Positions 1 to 9,061 of a stretch of 18,161 nt of DNA are shown here, piece by piece; positions within the stretch are counted from its first letter, which is position 1, and each line of letters starts with the position of its first letter. Made by a program: the position numbers and the translations under genes. Below the pieces are notes generated by a model. It was given only the letters and a program-made list of their open reading frames with translations, was not told the DNA's origin and made no database searches. Origin of the DNA: Candidatus Cloacimonadota bacterium (GTDB lineage: Bacteria; Cloacimonadota; Cloacimonadia; JGIOTU-2); contig JACNJR010000031.1 of the NCBI GenBank assembly GCA_014382495.1, forward strand, positions 1 through 18,161, given 5' to 3'.

Positions 1-744
1 GAATTTGAGCAATTGCAAAATTATGAAAAGTGGAAAAAATTTGGCGAACTTTTGAAAGTAAATTTAAAAAAAATAAGAAGAGGACAGAAAAAAATTTTAG
101 TAAAAGATTATTTTTCTGAAAATAATTCTGAGATTGCAATTTCTCTGAATGACGAATGGAATGCTGAAAAAAATATGGAGTATTATTTCAAAAAATATAA
201 AAAAGCGAAATCAGGAAAGGCAAAACTGGAAAAGCATTTACTTTTTAATAAAGCACGACTGCAACGCGTGTTAGAAAATATTTCTGAAGTTGAAAATTGC
301 AAACATTTGGACGAATTGAAAAAGTGGCAAGTGAAAAAATTTACTAAAAAAAAATCTGACAAGAAAAGATTATTTAGAAGAATTTCTTATGAATTTAATG
401 GAATAAAGTGGGAAATTTTTATTGGAAGAAATCGAAAAGAGAATGATATTCTCACAACAAAATTTGCGAAATCAGAAGATTGGTTTTTTCATAGCAGGAT
501 TTTTCACGGAGCACACATTGTTTTGAGAAATCCTAAAAAAATGGAAAATCCGCCAGAAAAAGTTAAACTTATGGCGGCAAGAATTGCTGCACATTTTAGC
601 AAAGCGAAACATTCAAAATATGTTCCTGTCGATTTTACAAAAATAAAATATGTTTCAAAACCGAGAAAAAGTCCTGCCGGATTTGTAATTTATAAAAATC
701 AAAAAACTCTTTTTGTAAATCCTACAAATCCACAAAAATTATAG
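1..744 (+). CDS. rqcH: Ribosome quality-control protein RqcH / fibronectin-binding protein A (NFACT family), C-terminal portion; the 5' end lies outside the window
   Basis: Frame 1 is open from position 1 (gaa ttt gag ...), so the listed Met at 13 is internal. Stop TAG at 742-744. The Lys-rich coiled-coil segment followed by a DUF814/NFACT-R-like core (WFFHSRIFHGAHIVLRNP ... KYVPVDFT) is typical of FbpA/RqcH C-terminal halves. Confidence 0.65.
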   Translation, partial: EFEQLQNYEKWKKFGELLKVNLKKIRRGQKKILVKDYFSENNSEIAISLNDEWNAEKNMEYYFKKYKKAKSGKAKLEKHLLFNKARLQRVLENISEVENCKHLDELKKWQVKKFTKKKSDKKRLFRRISYEFNGIKWEIFIGRNRKENDILTTKFAKSEDWFFHSRIFHGAHIVLRNPKKMENPPEKVKLMAARIAAHFSKAKHSKYVPVDFTKIKYVSKPRKSPAGFVIYKNQKTLFVNPTNPQKL

Positions 745-758
745 CAAATAAGTAAAAA

Positions 759-780
759 TTTCGGAAGTTAATTTCTGAAA
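759..780. terminator. Weak hairpin between convergent genes (tttcggaa-gttaat-ttctgaaa), possibly a bidirectional terminator
   Basis: 8-bp stem with one G-U pair (an A-C mismatch on the other strand) and a 6-nt loop. On the minus-strand transcript it is followed by UUUUU (752-758). It overlaps the HD-gene stop codon (768-770) and is AT-rich, so low stability. Confidence 0.2.
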
Positions 781-1301
781 GGTAGATATGTCATAAAATC
801 TGCGTGGTGAATAATAAGCCCTTCAGTTGTTCGTTTGAACGCATCGCCCTCTCTGGAATGAACTGCAATAATGTGACAAACTTCGTCTGGAACTTCGCAG
901 GTTTGGGCAAGCGAAACACCGGTAAATGCATGACGAAGTAATTTTCCAGATTTGCTGAATTGTATTTTCGAACCGACCTTTTCATATTCCAAAAGTTTTC
1001 CAACATCGGCCAGAATGGCACCAGCGACAACAACATCCAAGTCGATTGGCAAATTCTCGCCGAAAAATTTCTTCATCAATTTTGCTGACTCAAAAGCCAC
1101 ATGAACAACTGCTCTTTTGTGTGCCATAAAACTTACTTTGCAATTTTCAATCAAAAGCGTAAATGGAATTTTTTCCAAATCGCTTGGTGAAAGCACACTT
1201 TTTTCAAACGCTAATTCCCAAGTTGCAGCTACTTTTTCGCGCAAATCCTCATCTTTAATCCAATCCAATTCTGCCCATAATTTCTTAATCTCTCTTTTCA
1301 T
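768..1301 (-). CDS. HD-domain (HDIG-like) phosphohydrolase family protein, with a variant metal-binding motif
   Basis: 177 aa. Has the motif I-like FMAHKRAVVHVAF and then AGAILADVGK where HDIG proteins carry LHDIGK. Later His/Asp are present (LLRHAF, IIAVHS, IIHHADF). ATG at 1301-1299 and TAA at 770-768. Overlaps the upstream TerB-like gene by 17 nt, suggesting co-translation. Confidence 0.5.
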   Translation of the reverse strand: MKREIKKLWAELDWIKDEDLREKVAATWELAFEKSVLSPSDLEKIPFTLLIENCKVSFMAHKRAVVHVAFESAKLMKKFFGENLPIDLDVVVAGAILADVGKLLEYEKVGSKIQFSKSGKLLRHAFTGVSLAQTCEVPDEVCHIIAVHSREGDAFKRTTEGLIIHHADFMTYLPFRN

Positions 1302-1749
1302 TTTCGCTCACTTTCAATTTTGTCTCGATAAGTTCTTTGTGATTTAATCTCAATAAATTCGAAATTTTGTGAATAAGATGGTCTTCATAAGCATCTAATC
1401 TATCGTCAGAATAAATAATTTTCCACGCATTTTCCAATATTTTCATCTTTTCTTCTTTTGTGGAATTTTGATTTATCAGATTAGTAAATTGCCAAATATC
1501 AATGCTTTCATCAATTTTCTTTTCAGAAATTTTGATTAGTTCAGTTGAATCTTTTTCAGATAAATTAAATTCCGCTTTCATAATTTTGATGATATTTTTC
1601 CGTTCGATTTCCAAAAATTCATTATCTGCATTTGCGATTTCTAAAAGAATTACGCAGGTTGCAATTTGTGATTTTCTTTCCAAATTCTCTTCTGAATTTT
1701 CCTCTTTTTCTGAAAATTCTTTTCCAAAAATCTTTTTAAAATTAATCAT
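1285..1749 (-). CDS. TerB-like (tellurite-resistance TerB / DjlA N-terminal-like) domain protein
   Basis: 154 aa, with two helical repeats matching the TerB pattern (ATCVILLEIANADNEFLEIERKNIIKIM ... EKMKILENAWKIIYSDDRLDAYEDHLIHKISNLLRL). The ATG overlaps the stop of the upstream LhgO-like gene in an ATGA arrangement (1746-1749). Confidence 0.55.
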   Translation of the reverse strand: MINFKKIFGKEFSEKEENSEENLERKSQIATCVILLEIANADNEFLEIERKNIIKIMKAEFNLSEKDSTELIKISEKKIDESIDIWQFTNLINQNSTKEEKMKILENAWKIIYSDDRLDAYEDHLIHKISNLLRLNHKELIETKLKVSENEKRD

Positions 1750-2846
1750 TCAATTATTTTCTCCACATATTCGGCAATTGATAAACAGCAAGTCAATCCA
1801 GGCGATTCGATTCCGATAAGATTTATGAAATTTGGGAAACCTTTATTCTTCTCATTTGAGATAACAAAATCCCGGAATTTCTCACCTTCTTTTTGCAATT
1901 TTGCCCTGATTCCACAATCGTCTTGACTGATATCATCAAAATCAATCTCAAGAAAATTTTTCACAGATTCATAAAATTCTTGATGATACGAATCATCCAT
2001 TTGGTAATCGATTTTGTCAACATAATATGCATTTGGACCGAATGAAAGTTCGCCATTCAAATTTATTCTTGTATGAATTCCGAGAAAGATTCCTTTCGGG
2101 TCCGGAACTGGATATACAAGGTGTTTGATATCTTTATATTTTGTTGTTTTGTAATATTCGCCCTTACAAAAAAGAAGTTTATAGTCATTTTTTTCAGAAT
2201 TTATTCCGACCATTTCTGAAATTTTATCGCTCCATAATCCAGCACAATTTATCAAGATTTTTGTTTTTACTTGAAAATCATCACTTTTAAATGATAAAAT
2301 ATATTCATCATCTTGCTTTTGAATAGCGGAAATTTCTGTATTATATGAAATCAAAACTCCATTTTGTTCTGACAAAAATTCCAGTTTTTTCATAACTTTA
2401 TGAGTATCCATAATTCCGGTTGATGGCACGAATAATGCGCCGCAGGATTTGAAAAGTGGTTCTATCTCTTTTGCTTTTTTTGATGAGATTATTTCAAGAT
2501 TTTTCACTCCATTTGAAATTCCATTTTGATACAATTCATCAAGAATTGGAAGTTCGTTTTTCTGAATCGCAATGATTAATTTTCCACATTTTTTATATGG
2601 CAAATTATTTTTCTCCAAAAAATTGTATAGCAATTCGTTTCCTTTAACGCACAATTTTGCTTTCAATGTATTTTTTGGATAATAAATTCCGGAATGAATT
2701 ACTTCACTATTTCTGCTAGAAATATGGCGTCCGAACGAATCTTCTTTTTCGACAAGAAGAATATTGTCGAAAGAATGAGACAATTTTTCAGCAACGGAAA
2801 GTCCAACTATTCCTGCCCCAACAATGACTACATCTACTTCTTCCAT
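1746..2846 (-). CDS. lhgO: FAD-dependent oxidoreductase, L-2-hydroxyglutarate oxidase/dehydrogenase (LhgO/YgaF) family
   Basis: 366 aa. N-terminal dinucleotide fold VDVVIVGAGIVGLSVA; VIHSGIYYPKNTLKAKLCVKGN closely parallels E. coli LhgO VIHAGVYYTPGSLKAQFCLAGN; C-terminal GIESPGLT motif. AGAGGT Shine-Dalgarno before the ATG at 2846. Starts 2 nt after the miaB stop. Confidence 0.8.
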   Translation of the reverse strand: MEEVDVVIVGAGIVGLSVAEKLSHSFDNILLVEKEDSFGRHISSRNSEVIHSGIYYPKNTLKAKLCVKGNELLYNFLEKNNLPYKKCGKLIIAIQKNELPILDELYQNGISNGVKNLEIISSKKAKEIEPLFKSCGALFVPSTGIMDTHKVMKKLEFLSEQNGVLISYNTEISAIQKQDDEYILSFKSDDFQVKTKILINCAGLWSDKISEMVGINSEKNDYKLLFCKGEYYKTTKYKDIKHLVYPVPDPKGIFLGIHTRINLNGELSFGPNAYYVDKIDYQMDDSYHQEFYESVKNFLEIDFDDISQDDCGIRAKLQKEGEKFRDFVISNEKNKGFPNFINLIGIESPGLTCCLSIAEYVEKIIE

Positions 2847-2848
2847 TT

Positions 2849-4156
2849 TTACCTCTTGTAAATTTTTCCTTTCAATGTCCAGCCGATTGCATCGTAAATT
2901 TTTACTTTTACGAATTTTCCAATCAAGTTTTTATCTGCTGAAAACACTACAATTTTGTTGTCGCAAGTTCTTCCAGAAACTTCATTTTCATCTTTTTTAC
3001 TAATATTTTCAACATAAACTTTTACGCTTTTTCCAATCTGTTCTTTATATTTTTGAAGTGTGATTTTTTCTTGCAAATTAATTAATTTTTGCAATCTTTC
3101 AAGACGGATTTTCTCATCAATCTGATTGTCAAATTTTTCCGCAGCAGTTCCATTTCGTGGAGAATATTTGAAAGTAAATGTGTAATCAAATTTTATTTTT
3201 TTCATCAAATCGTAAGTTTCCAAAAAATCTTTTTCAGTTTCGTCAGGAAATCCACACATAACATCGGTTGTTATCGCAATATCTGGAATTGAATTTCGTA
3301 ATTTGTCAACTAATTTGAGATAATGCGTTTTCGTATATTTTCTATTCATTGATTGCAAAATTTTATCTGAGCCAGATTGCATCGGCAGATGAATATGTTC
3401 GCAAATTTTCTCTTCGTTTGCCATAACATTTATCACTTCATCAGAAAGATCTTTCGGGTGTGAAGTTACAAATCTTATTCTCTCAATGCTACTCAATTTT
3501 GAAATTTTTTTCAACAATTCTGCAAAATTGCATTTGCCAAAATTATATGAATTCACATTTTGACCTAAAAGTGTAATATCTTTGAATCCATTTTTTCCAG
3601 CTTTTTCAACTTCTGATAAAATCGCTTTGAAATTTCGAGAACGCTCTTTGCCGCGAACATATGGCACGATACAATATGAGCAGAAATTGTTGCATCCTCG
3701 CATAATTGTCACAAATGCATTTACATTTTTTTTCCGTAATGGATAGATGTCTTCGTAATTTTCATTGTAATTTTCTTGCAAATTTGAGATATTTTTGAGT
3801 TTTGCAAACTCAATAATTTCTGGCAAATTACGATATTGGTCGGTTCCGGCAACAAAATCAAGTGAATCGATTTTGTTCAATAATTCATTGCCGATTCGCT
3901 GAGCAACACATCCAATCAATCCGATGAGCAAATTATGTTTTGCTTTTTTTCGACTTCCTTCTTGTGTAATTCTTCCGACAACTCGGTCTTCAGCATGCTG
4001 CCGAACTGTGCAGCTATTAAAAATTATTATGTCGGAATCATTTAGATTTTCTGTGAATTCATAGCCAGCTTTTGTAAGAATTCGCACGACGACTTCGCTA
4101 TCAGCGACATTCATTTGGCAACCGTAAGTGATAATACTGAATTTTTCTCTTTGCAT
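2849..4156 (-). CDS. miaB: tRNA-2-methylthio-N6-dimethylallyladenosine synthase (MiaB, radical-SAM methylthiotransferase)
   Basis: 435 aa. N-terminal MTTase domain with IITYGCQMNVADSE, radical-SAM CxxxCxxC (CNNFCSYC), and a C-terminal TRAM domain (GKSVKVYVE ... GRT). The length and domain order are canonical for MiaB. Confidence 0.93.
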   Translation of the reverse strand: MQREKFSIITYGCQMNVADSEVVVRILTKAGYEFTENLNDSDIIIFNSCTVRQHAEDRVVGRITQEGSRKKAKHNLLIGLIGCVAQRIGNELLNKIDSLDFVAGTDQYRNLPEIIEFAKLKNISNLQENYNENYEDIYPLRKKNVNAFVTIMRGCNNFCSYCIVPYVRGKERSRNFKAILSEVEKAGKNGFKDITLLGQNVNSYNFGKCNFAELLKKISKLSSIERIRFVTSHPKDLSDEVINVMANEEKICEHIHLPMQSGSDKILQSMNRKYTKTHYLKLVDKLRNSIPDIAITTDVMCGFPDETEKDFLETYDLMKKIKFDYTFTFKYSPRNGTAAEKFDNQIDEKIRLERLQKLINLQEKITLQKYKEQIGKSVKVYVENISKKDENEVSGRTCDNKIVVFSADKNLIGKFVKVKIYDAIGWTLKGKIYKR

Positions 4157-4177
4157 AAAAGAAAATTATGGATAGTT

Positions 4178-5734
4178 TTAATTGGATATTTTAATTTTTT
4201 TTATCTCAATTCCGGTGTAATAATGCTTCAAAATTTCTTCGGCAGAATAGCCAAGTTCGGCCATCTGAATTGCTCCCATCTGACACATTCCGACGCCATG
4301 CCCAGAACCTTTTCCTGTAAAAATTACTTTGTCATTTTTAATTTCAAAAATAAAAAAAGATGAGCGCAAATCACCAAATATTTGTCTGATTTTCAACTCG
4401 TTATTTAGTTCAATATTATTTTCAGTTCCAAATATTTTCATTCGCAAAATGCGTCCAGCTATACCTCTTTTCGTAATTTTGATATTTTTCAATTTGCCAA
4501 AATTTGAAATTGAATTAAGATTTTTTTCCAGCCGGTTTTTCGAAACAATTTCTTGCCATTGATAAGTATTTTTCTTCCAACTTACATCATTTTCTGTGTT
4601 ACAAAATACTGGTTGCGACCCCAAAATCCAATTTTTTGCATTTGATTCACTTTGTAAATTTACTTTAGAATTTCCTTTCCCATCATAAATACTCACTAAA
4701 TAAGGAACAGATTTTCCGCTCCAAATGTCAGAAGAATTTGTTGTAATTCCGCCACAATTATTGGAATAAACGGCATTTACAATTTTGGAATTATAAATGC
4801 AAATTTGATATGCCGTCTCATTTACTGCGGTTTTTACTTTTTCATTCACATTTGAAATTCCAGAAAAGACCTGACAATGAGTTCCGGCGCAGAGATCGTA
4901 TTCATCGTCTTTATGATGATTATGCAAAATTTTGAAAAGCGCTTCCGAGCGAGCAGCAATGGCTTGTGCTTTCATCGCTTCGATTGGAACCGTTTCTCCA
5001 ATCTCGTTTGGGACAACTCCAGCGATATAATTTTCCAGCTCAACATTTGCAATAAGATTCATCTTGCCGAGCGGATTTTGTAAAATTTTGAGATTCCCAG
5101 CATAAGTTCTATCTACATATTTTTTCGTATTCCAGAAATTTGATTTTGGCACCTGAAAAACGCTTATTGGCTCATCCGAAATAATGTTGAATGGAGCATT
5201 CAAAAAATATTCCTCTTCGTTTTTTATATCGTAAATTAAAATTTCAGAACCTAAATTATTCCCAAGAAATGTATGTTTTTCTTCAATCCAACCGTCCAAT
5301 TCACATCTCGATTTTGCCTCTTCATAAGATACAAAATCCTCTTTCAGATAAATTGCAAATATTGCGGATTGTGAAATTGTTTGATTCTGAAAAGTGATTT
5401 CAGATGTTTTTTCGAAATAACATTCGGGAAAAGTTTTCACGAAGTTTTCAACTTCGATTTTCGATGAAACTTTTTTTATTCCAACTTGCCAAATTGCTTC
5501 TGAGTTTGGTTTTTCGGTTAATTGAATAGATAAATCTGGTTGGAAAAAATTCAGTTGAAATGGCGAATCTGTTTCTGAAATATAAAGTTTTCCATCTGAT
5601 TTTATATGAATTTGCTCAGCATTTGGCAGAATTTCTACATTCAAATAAAATTTTCCATTTCGGAATTCAGCAGAAAAAAGTATAGTTTGGAAAATAATCG
5701 CAAGAAAAAAGAGCGAGAAAATATTCTTTTTCAT
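4178..5734 (-). CDS. SpoIID/LytB-domain protein (secreted, peptidoglycan-lytic or amidase-enhancer family)
   Basis: 518 aa. N-terminal signal peptide (MKKNIFSLFFLAIIFQTILFSA). The C-terminal SpoIID/LytB hallmark GKGSGHGVGMCQMGA is present, as are the upstream YSNNCGG and CAGTHCQV conserved segments. Confidence 0.85.
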   Translation of the reverse strand: MKKNIFSLFFLAIIFQTILFSAEFRNGKFYLNVEILPNAEQIHIKSDGKLYISETDSPFQLNFFQPDLSIQLTEKPNSEAIWQVGIKKVSSKIEVENFVKTFPECYFEKTSEITFQNQTISQSAIFAIYLKEDFVSYEEAKSRCELDGWIEEKHTFLGNNLGSEILIYDIKNEEEYFLNAPFNIISDEPISVFQVPKSNFWNTKKYVDRTYAGNLKILQNPLGKMNLIANVELENYIAGVVPNEIGETVPIEAMKAQAIAARSEALFKILHNHHKDDEYDLCAGTHCQVFSGISNVNEKVKTAVNETAYQICIYNSKIVNAVYSNNCGGITTNSSDIWSGKSVPYLVSIYDGKGNSKVNLQSESNAKNWILGSQPVFCNTENDVSWKKNTYQWQEIVSKNRLEKNLNSISNFGKLKNIKITKRGIAGRILRMKIFGTENNIELNNELKIRQIFGDLRSSFFIFEIKNDKVIFTGKGSGHGVGMCQMGAIQMAELGYSAEEILKHYYTGIEIKKIKISN

Positions 5735-5751
5735 TCGTTTATTTGTTCAAA

Positions 5752-7782
5752 TTAGAGAACTTTGCTCCCTTCCGGAATTTCTTTTTCTGGAATTAAGAGT
5801 GATAAATTTTCGCCATCAACTACCGCCAGAAGCATTGCTTCGGATTTTTCTCCTTTAATAATCGCAGGTTCCAAATTATTCAAAATCAAAATATTTTTCC
5901 CGATCAGTTCTTTCGGAGAATAATTTTTTGCAATTCCCGCAATGATTTGCTTCGTGATGCTTCCAATAGAAATTTGCAATTTAAGAAGTTTGTCTGCTTT
6001 TTTCACCTTTTCCGCTGCAATTATTTTTGCGATTCGCAAATCCAATTTCTGAAAAGTTTCAAAGCTAATTATCTTTTTTCCACTTGTTTTTTGTGGAATA
6101 TTATTCAGATTTTTCAATTTATTTACCTGCCTTTCAATCAAATCATCTGGAATTTTTTCAAATAAGGTTTCGATGTTTTGAATAATTATTGGTTTATCTG
6201 ATTTTGCAGAAAGTCCGTTCCAACCGTATTTTAAGATTGATTTGTCAAATCCCAACATTTTCCATAATTTTTTTGAAGATGATGGAATAATCGGATAAAT
6301 TACAATTGCCAAATTCCGAATAATTTCCCCACAAATAAACATCATTTCTGCCGTTGACTTTCTATCTGTTTTAATTGTTTTCCACGGAATTGTATTATCG
6401 AAATACTGATTGCCAAATCTCGCAAGGTCAATAATCATTTTACACGCTTTTCTTACTTTGAATGTCTGATAAAGCTGTTTGATTTTTTCCCTTATATCAG
6501 AAATATTCGTCAGAATTTCTTCGTTTTTATTGGAAATTTTTTGTGGCAAAGGAATTGTATGCTCGAAATGTTTATCTGAAAATTTCAGGACACGATTAAC
6601 AAAATTTCCAAAAGTATTCGCTAAATCTGTGTTATATTTTTCTTGAAATTCTTTCCAAACAAAGTCAGTATCTTTGTTTTCGGGAGCATTTGCTGCGAGA
6701 TAATATCTTAAAGGAATTTCAGAAAATTCTTCTAAATACTCATTTATCCAAACTGCATAATTTTTACTCGTGGAAATTTTATTTTTCTCTAAGTTCAGAT
6801 ATTCATTCGCGGGAACATCGTCTGGTAATATGTATTTTTTGTCTTGACCCATAAGCATTGCCGGCCAGATTATTGTGTGAAATGGGATATTATCTTTTCC
6901 AATAAAGTGGATCAATTTCGTATTTTTATCAAACCAATAATCTCTCCATTTTTCAGGTTTTCCAATCTTTTCCGACCATTCAATTGTTGATGAAATATAG
7001 CCGATCGGAGCTTCAAACCAGACATACAGGACCTTTCCATCTGTATTTTCTGTCGGAACCGGAATTCCCCAATTCAAATCACGAGTAATTGCTCTCTCTT
7101 TTAGACCAGATTTCAGCCAGTTCAAAATGAACTTTTTTACATTATCTTTCCATTCAGTTTTTGACTCAATCCATTTTTGAAGCTTGTCTGAAAATTTTGG
7201 CAAATTTAGAAACCAATTTGTCGTTTCACGAATTATCGGAGTGCTTCTGCAAGTGATACAAAGGGGATTTGTCAACTGAATTGCATCGATAAGTTTTCCG
7301 CAAGAATCGCATTGGTCGCCGCGAGCTCCTTCCGAATGGCAGAAAGGACATTCGCCTTCTACATATCTATCTGGAAGAAATCTATTGCAATTTTCACAAT
7401 ATAATTGCTCGTTTGTGTGAGTTTGTATGAAACCATTTTTATTTAAATCAGAAAAAAAATTTTGAGAAAGTTTATAATGTACTTTTCTGTCCGTTCCAGA
7501 AAAATTTTCAAATTGAATATCGAGCCCATCAAAAGCAGATTTGATTCGCTTATGATACTTATCAACGATTTTTCTTGGAGGCACATTTTCCTGTTCTGCC
7601 TTTATAGAAATTGGCGCTCCGTGTTCGTCCGTTCCGCAGATATAAATCACATCATTTCCGAGAAGTTTCTGAAATCTAACAAAAATATCCGCGGGAAGAT
7701 ACGCGCCAGCGATATGTCCAATATGCAAATCGCCATTCGCATAAGGAAGTGCGCTGGTAACTAAGTATTTCTCTTTTGCCAT
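5752..7782 (-). CDS. metG: Methionine--tRNA ligase with C-terminal EMAP/tRNA-binding domain
   Basis: 676 aa. N-terminal PYANGDLHIGHIAGAYLPADIFVRF (HIGH motif) and a zinc-knuckle insertion (CENCNRFL ... CPFCHS ... CDSCGK). C-terminal OB-fold tRNA-binding domain (LDLRIAKIIAAEKV...). TAA stop at 5754-5752. Confidence 0.95.
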   Translation of the reverse strand: MAKEKYLVTSALPYANGDLHIGHIAGAYLPADIFVRFQKLLGNDVIYICGTDEHGAPISIKAEQENVPPRKIVDKYHKRIKSAFDGLDIQFENFSGTDRKVHYKLSQNFFSDLNKNGFIQTHTNEQLYCENCNRFLPDRYVEGECPFCHSEGARGDQCDSCGKLIDAIQLTNPLCITCRSTPIIRETTNWFLNLPKFSDKLQKWIESKTEWKDNVKKFILNWLKSGLKERAITRDLNWGIPVPTENTDGKVLYVWFEAPIGYISSTIEWSEKIGKPEKWRDYWFDKNTKLIHFIGKDNIPFHTIIWPAMLMGQDKKYILPDDVPANEYLNLEKNKISTSKNYAVWINEYLEEFSEIPLRYYLAANAPENKDTDFVWKEFQEKYNTDLANTFGNFVNRVLKFSDKHFEHTIPLPQKISNKNEEILTNISDIREKIKQLYQTFKVRKACKMIIDLARFGNQYFDNTIPWKTIKTDRKSTAEMMFICGEIIRNLAIVIYPIIPSSSKKLWKMLGFDKSILKYGWNGLSAKSDKPIIIQNIETLFEKIPDDLIERQVNKLKNLNNIPQKTSGKKIISFETFQKLDLRIAKIIAAEKVKKADKLLKLQISIGSITKQIIAGIAKNYSPKELIGKNILILNNLEPAIIKGEKSEAMLLAVVDGENLSLLIPEKEIPEGSKVL

Positions 7783-7959
7783 TTTTTTCTTATGATTTTA
7801 GCCACAGATTAGCACAGATAAACATTGATGGATATATTTTTAAGATATGTAGAAAAAAATCGTATTTAATGAATTTGTGTCAATTTTTTTATAGTTTTAG
7901 CCAAAGCAATTTCTATAATTTATGAAAATTGAGTTATTAGAAGGTCTAAAAAAATTTTC
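7783..7959 (-). promoter_or_regulatory. 177-nt intergenic leader/promoter region upstream of metG, containing short direct repeats
   Basis: The largest non-coding gap inside the minus-strand block. Holds a 10-bp imperfect tandem (gccacagatt/agcacagata, 7801-7820) and TTTTAGCCA at 7796-7804 and again at 7895-7903. No recognisable T-box or riboswitch core. Confidence 0.3.
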
Positions 7960-8217
7960 TTAATCTTCTTTTACAAGATAAACTATATCGTGCTCACGGA
8001 CATGCTCTTTAACTTTCACTCCGATGGAATCACCGATTTTTGCACTTTCAATCGAATCCTCTTCAATATGAATTGATTTCACCTTTTGTGTAAAATCTGT
8101 TGTATGCCCTTTGATATGGATTGTATCGCCGACATTAAGTTCACCCTTTGTGATGTCAATTCCAGCAACTGAAATGTGACCCCAAAAATGGATAATTTTT
8201 CCTATCTCTTTCTCCAT
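7960..8217 (-). CDS. Small stand-alone beta-barrel protein resembling translation-factor domain 2 (EF-Tu/IF2/SelB domain-2-like)
   Basis: 85 aa. GKIIHFWGHISVAGIDITKGELNVGDTIHIKG ... IGDSIGVKVKEHVREHDIV follows the G-x-V-x-x-G-x-I-x-x-G-D pattern of EF-Tu domain 2 barrels. GGAGA Shine-Dalgarno before the ATG at 8217. Confidence 0.4.
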   Translation of the reverse strand: MEKEIGKIIHFWGHISVAGIDITKGELNVGDTIHIKGHTTDFTQKVKSIHIEEDSIESAKIGDSIGVKVKEHVREHDIVYLVKED

Positions 8218-8266
8218 AATTTCTCCATTTTATTTTAGTGATTCTTACCAAATCTTTTTTTCGAAA

Positions 8267-9061
8267 TTATTTGGTTTTGGTCTTTTCTTTAATAACTGAT
8301 TTGATTAATTCGGTTGGAATTTTGCCTTTCTTCATAAATGATTTTACAAGATCAATTGGGATTGGGAAAACAATAGTTGAATTCTTTTCTGAAGCAATTT
8401 CAGTAAGAGTTTGCAAGAATCTGAGTTGAATTGAAGTTGTATTTTTGCTCAGCACTTCAGCGGCTTTTGCAAGTTTTGTGGATGCTTGGAATTCTCCCTC
8501 TGCATGAATAATTTTTGCTCTTCTCTCTCGTTCTGCTTCTGCCTGTTTTGCCATTGCTCGTTGCATTGTTGCCGGAAGTTCAACATCTTTTACTTCAACA
8601 ATACTCACCTTGATACCCCACGGATCGGTTCGCTCATCAATAACCTCTTGCAATTCCTGACTAATCTTCTCTCTATGCGAAAGAAGGTCATCAAGTTCGG
8701 ATTTTCCGAGAATATTTCGCAAAGTCGTCTGGGCAATTTGTGAAGTTGCTTGATAGTAATTTTCAACTTTTACAACTGCATCTTCCGGATTAAGAATACG
8801 AAAATAGACCACTGCATTGACTTTTACAGGCACATTATCACTTGTAATAATATCCTGAGGTGGCACATCCATCGTGACAGTTCGCAATTCAACTTTTACC
8901 ATTTTATCAATAAACGGAATGAGGAGAAATAATCCAGGACCTTTTGCGCGCAATAATCTTCCAAGACGAAATATCACGCCTCTTTCATATTCTCGCACAA
9001 TTCTGATTGCTTTGGAAAGAAATATTAAAGCCAAAATTATGACAATAATTGTTACATTCAT
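8267..9061 (-). CDS. SPFH/band-7 (stomatin/prohibitin-like) membrane protein
   Basis: 264 aa. N-terminal transmembrane helix ([14 protein letters not shown]), then the band-7 core [16 protein letters not shown] ... [24 protein letters not shown], and a C-terminal Ala/Glu/Arg coiled coil ([22 protein letters not shown]). GGAGGT Shine-Dalgarno before the ATG at 9061. Confidence 0.9.
   Translation of the reverse strand: MNVTIIVIILALIFLSKAIRIVREYERGVIFRLGRLLRAKGPGLFLLIPFIDKMVKVELRTVTMDVPPQDIITSDNVPVKVNAVVYFRILNPEDAVVKVENYYQATSQIAQTTLRNILGKSELDDLLSHREKISQELQEVIDERTDPWGIKVSIVEVKDVELPATMQRAMAKQAEAERERRAKIIHAEGEFQASTKLAKAAEVLSKNTTSIQLRFLQTLTEIASEKNSTIVFPIPIDLVKSFMKKGKIPTELIKSVIKEKTKTK

Noticed and set aside
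791-1036. Numerous 60-130-aa ORFs on the strand opposite to, or out of frame with, the called genes (for example 791..1036-, 1117..1347+, 1502..1819+, 3089..3292+, 4329..4562+, 5947..6165+, 8486..9140+, 9770..10162+, 10903..11151-, 12578..12871+, 13929..14201+, 15139..15405+, 17424..17800-)
   Set aside because: All lie inside well-supported, homology-recognisable CDSs and have low-complexity Phe/Ile/Lys/Asn-rich translations. Such ORFs are expected by chance in AT-rich DNA because stop codons are depleted on the antisense of Lys/Asn/Ile-rich genes. None has its own ribosome-binding site or recognisable motifs.
7783-7959. T-box leader or other riboswitch upstream of metG
   Set aside because: The gap is only 177 nt, and no T-box consensus (AATTAGGGTGGNACCGCG-like) or specifier/antiterminator arrangement could be found by eye. 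T-box control of metG is chiefly a Firmicutes feature.
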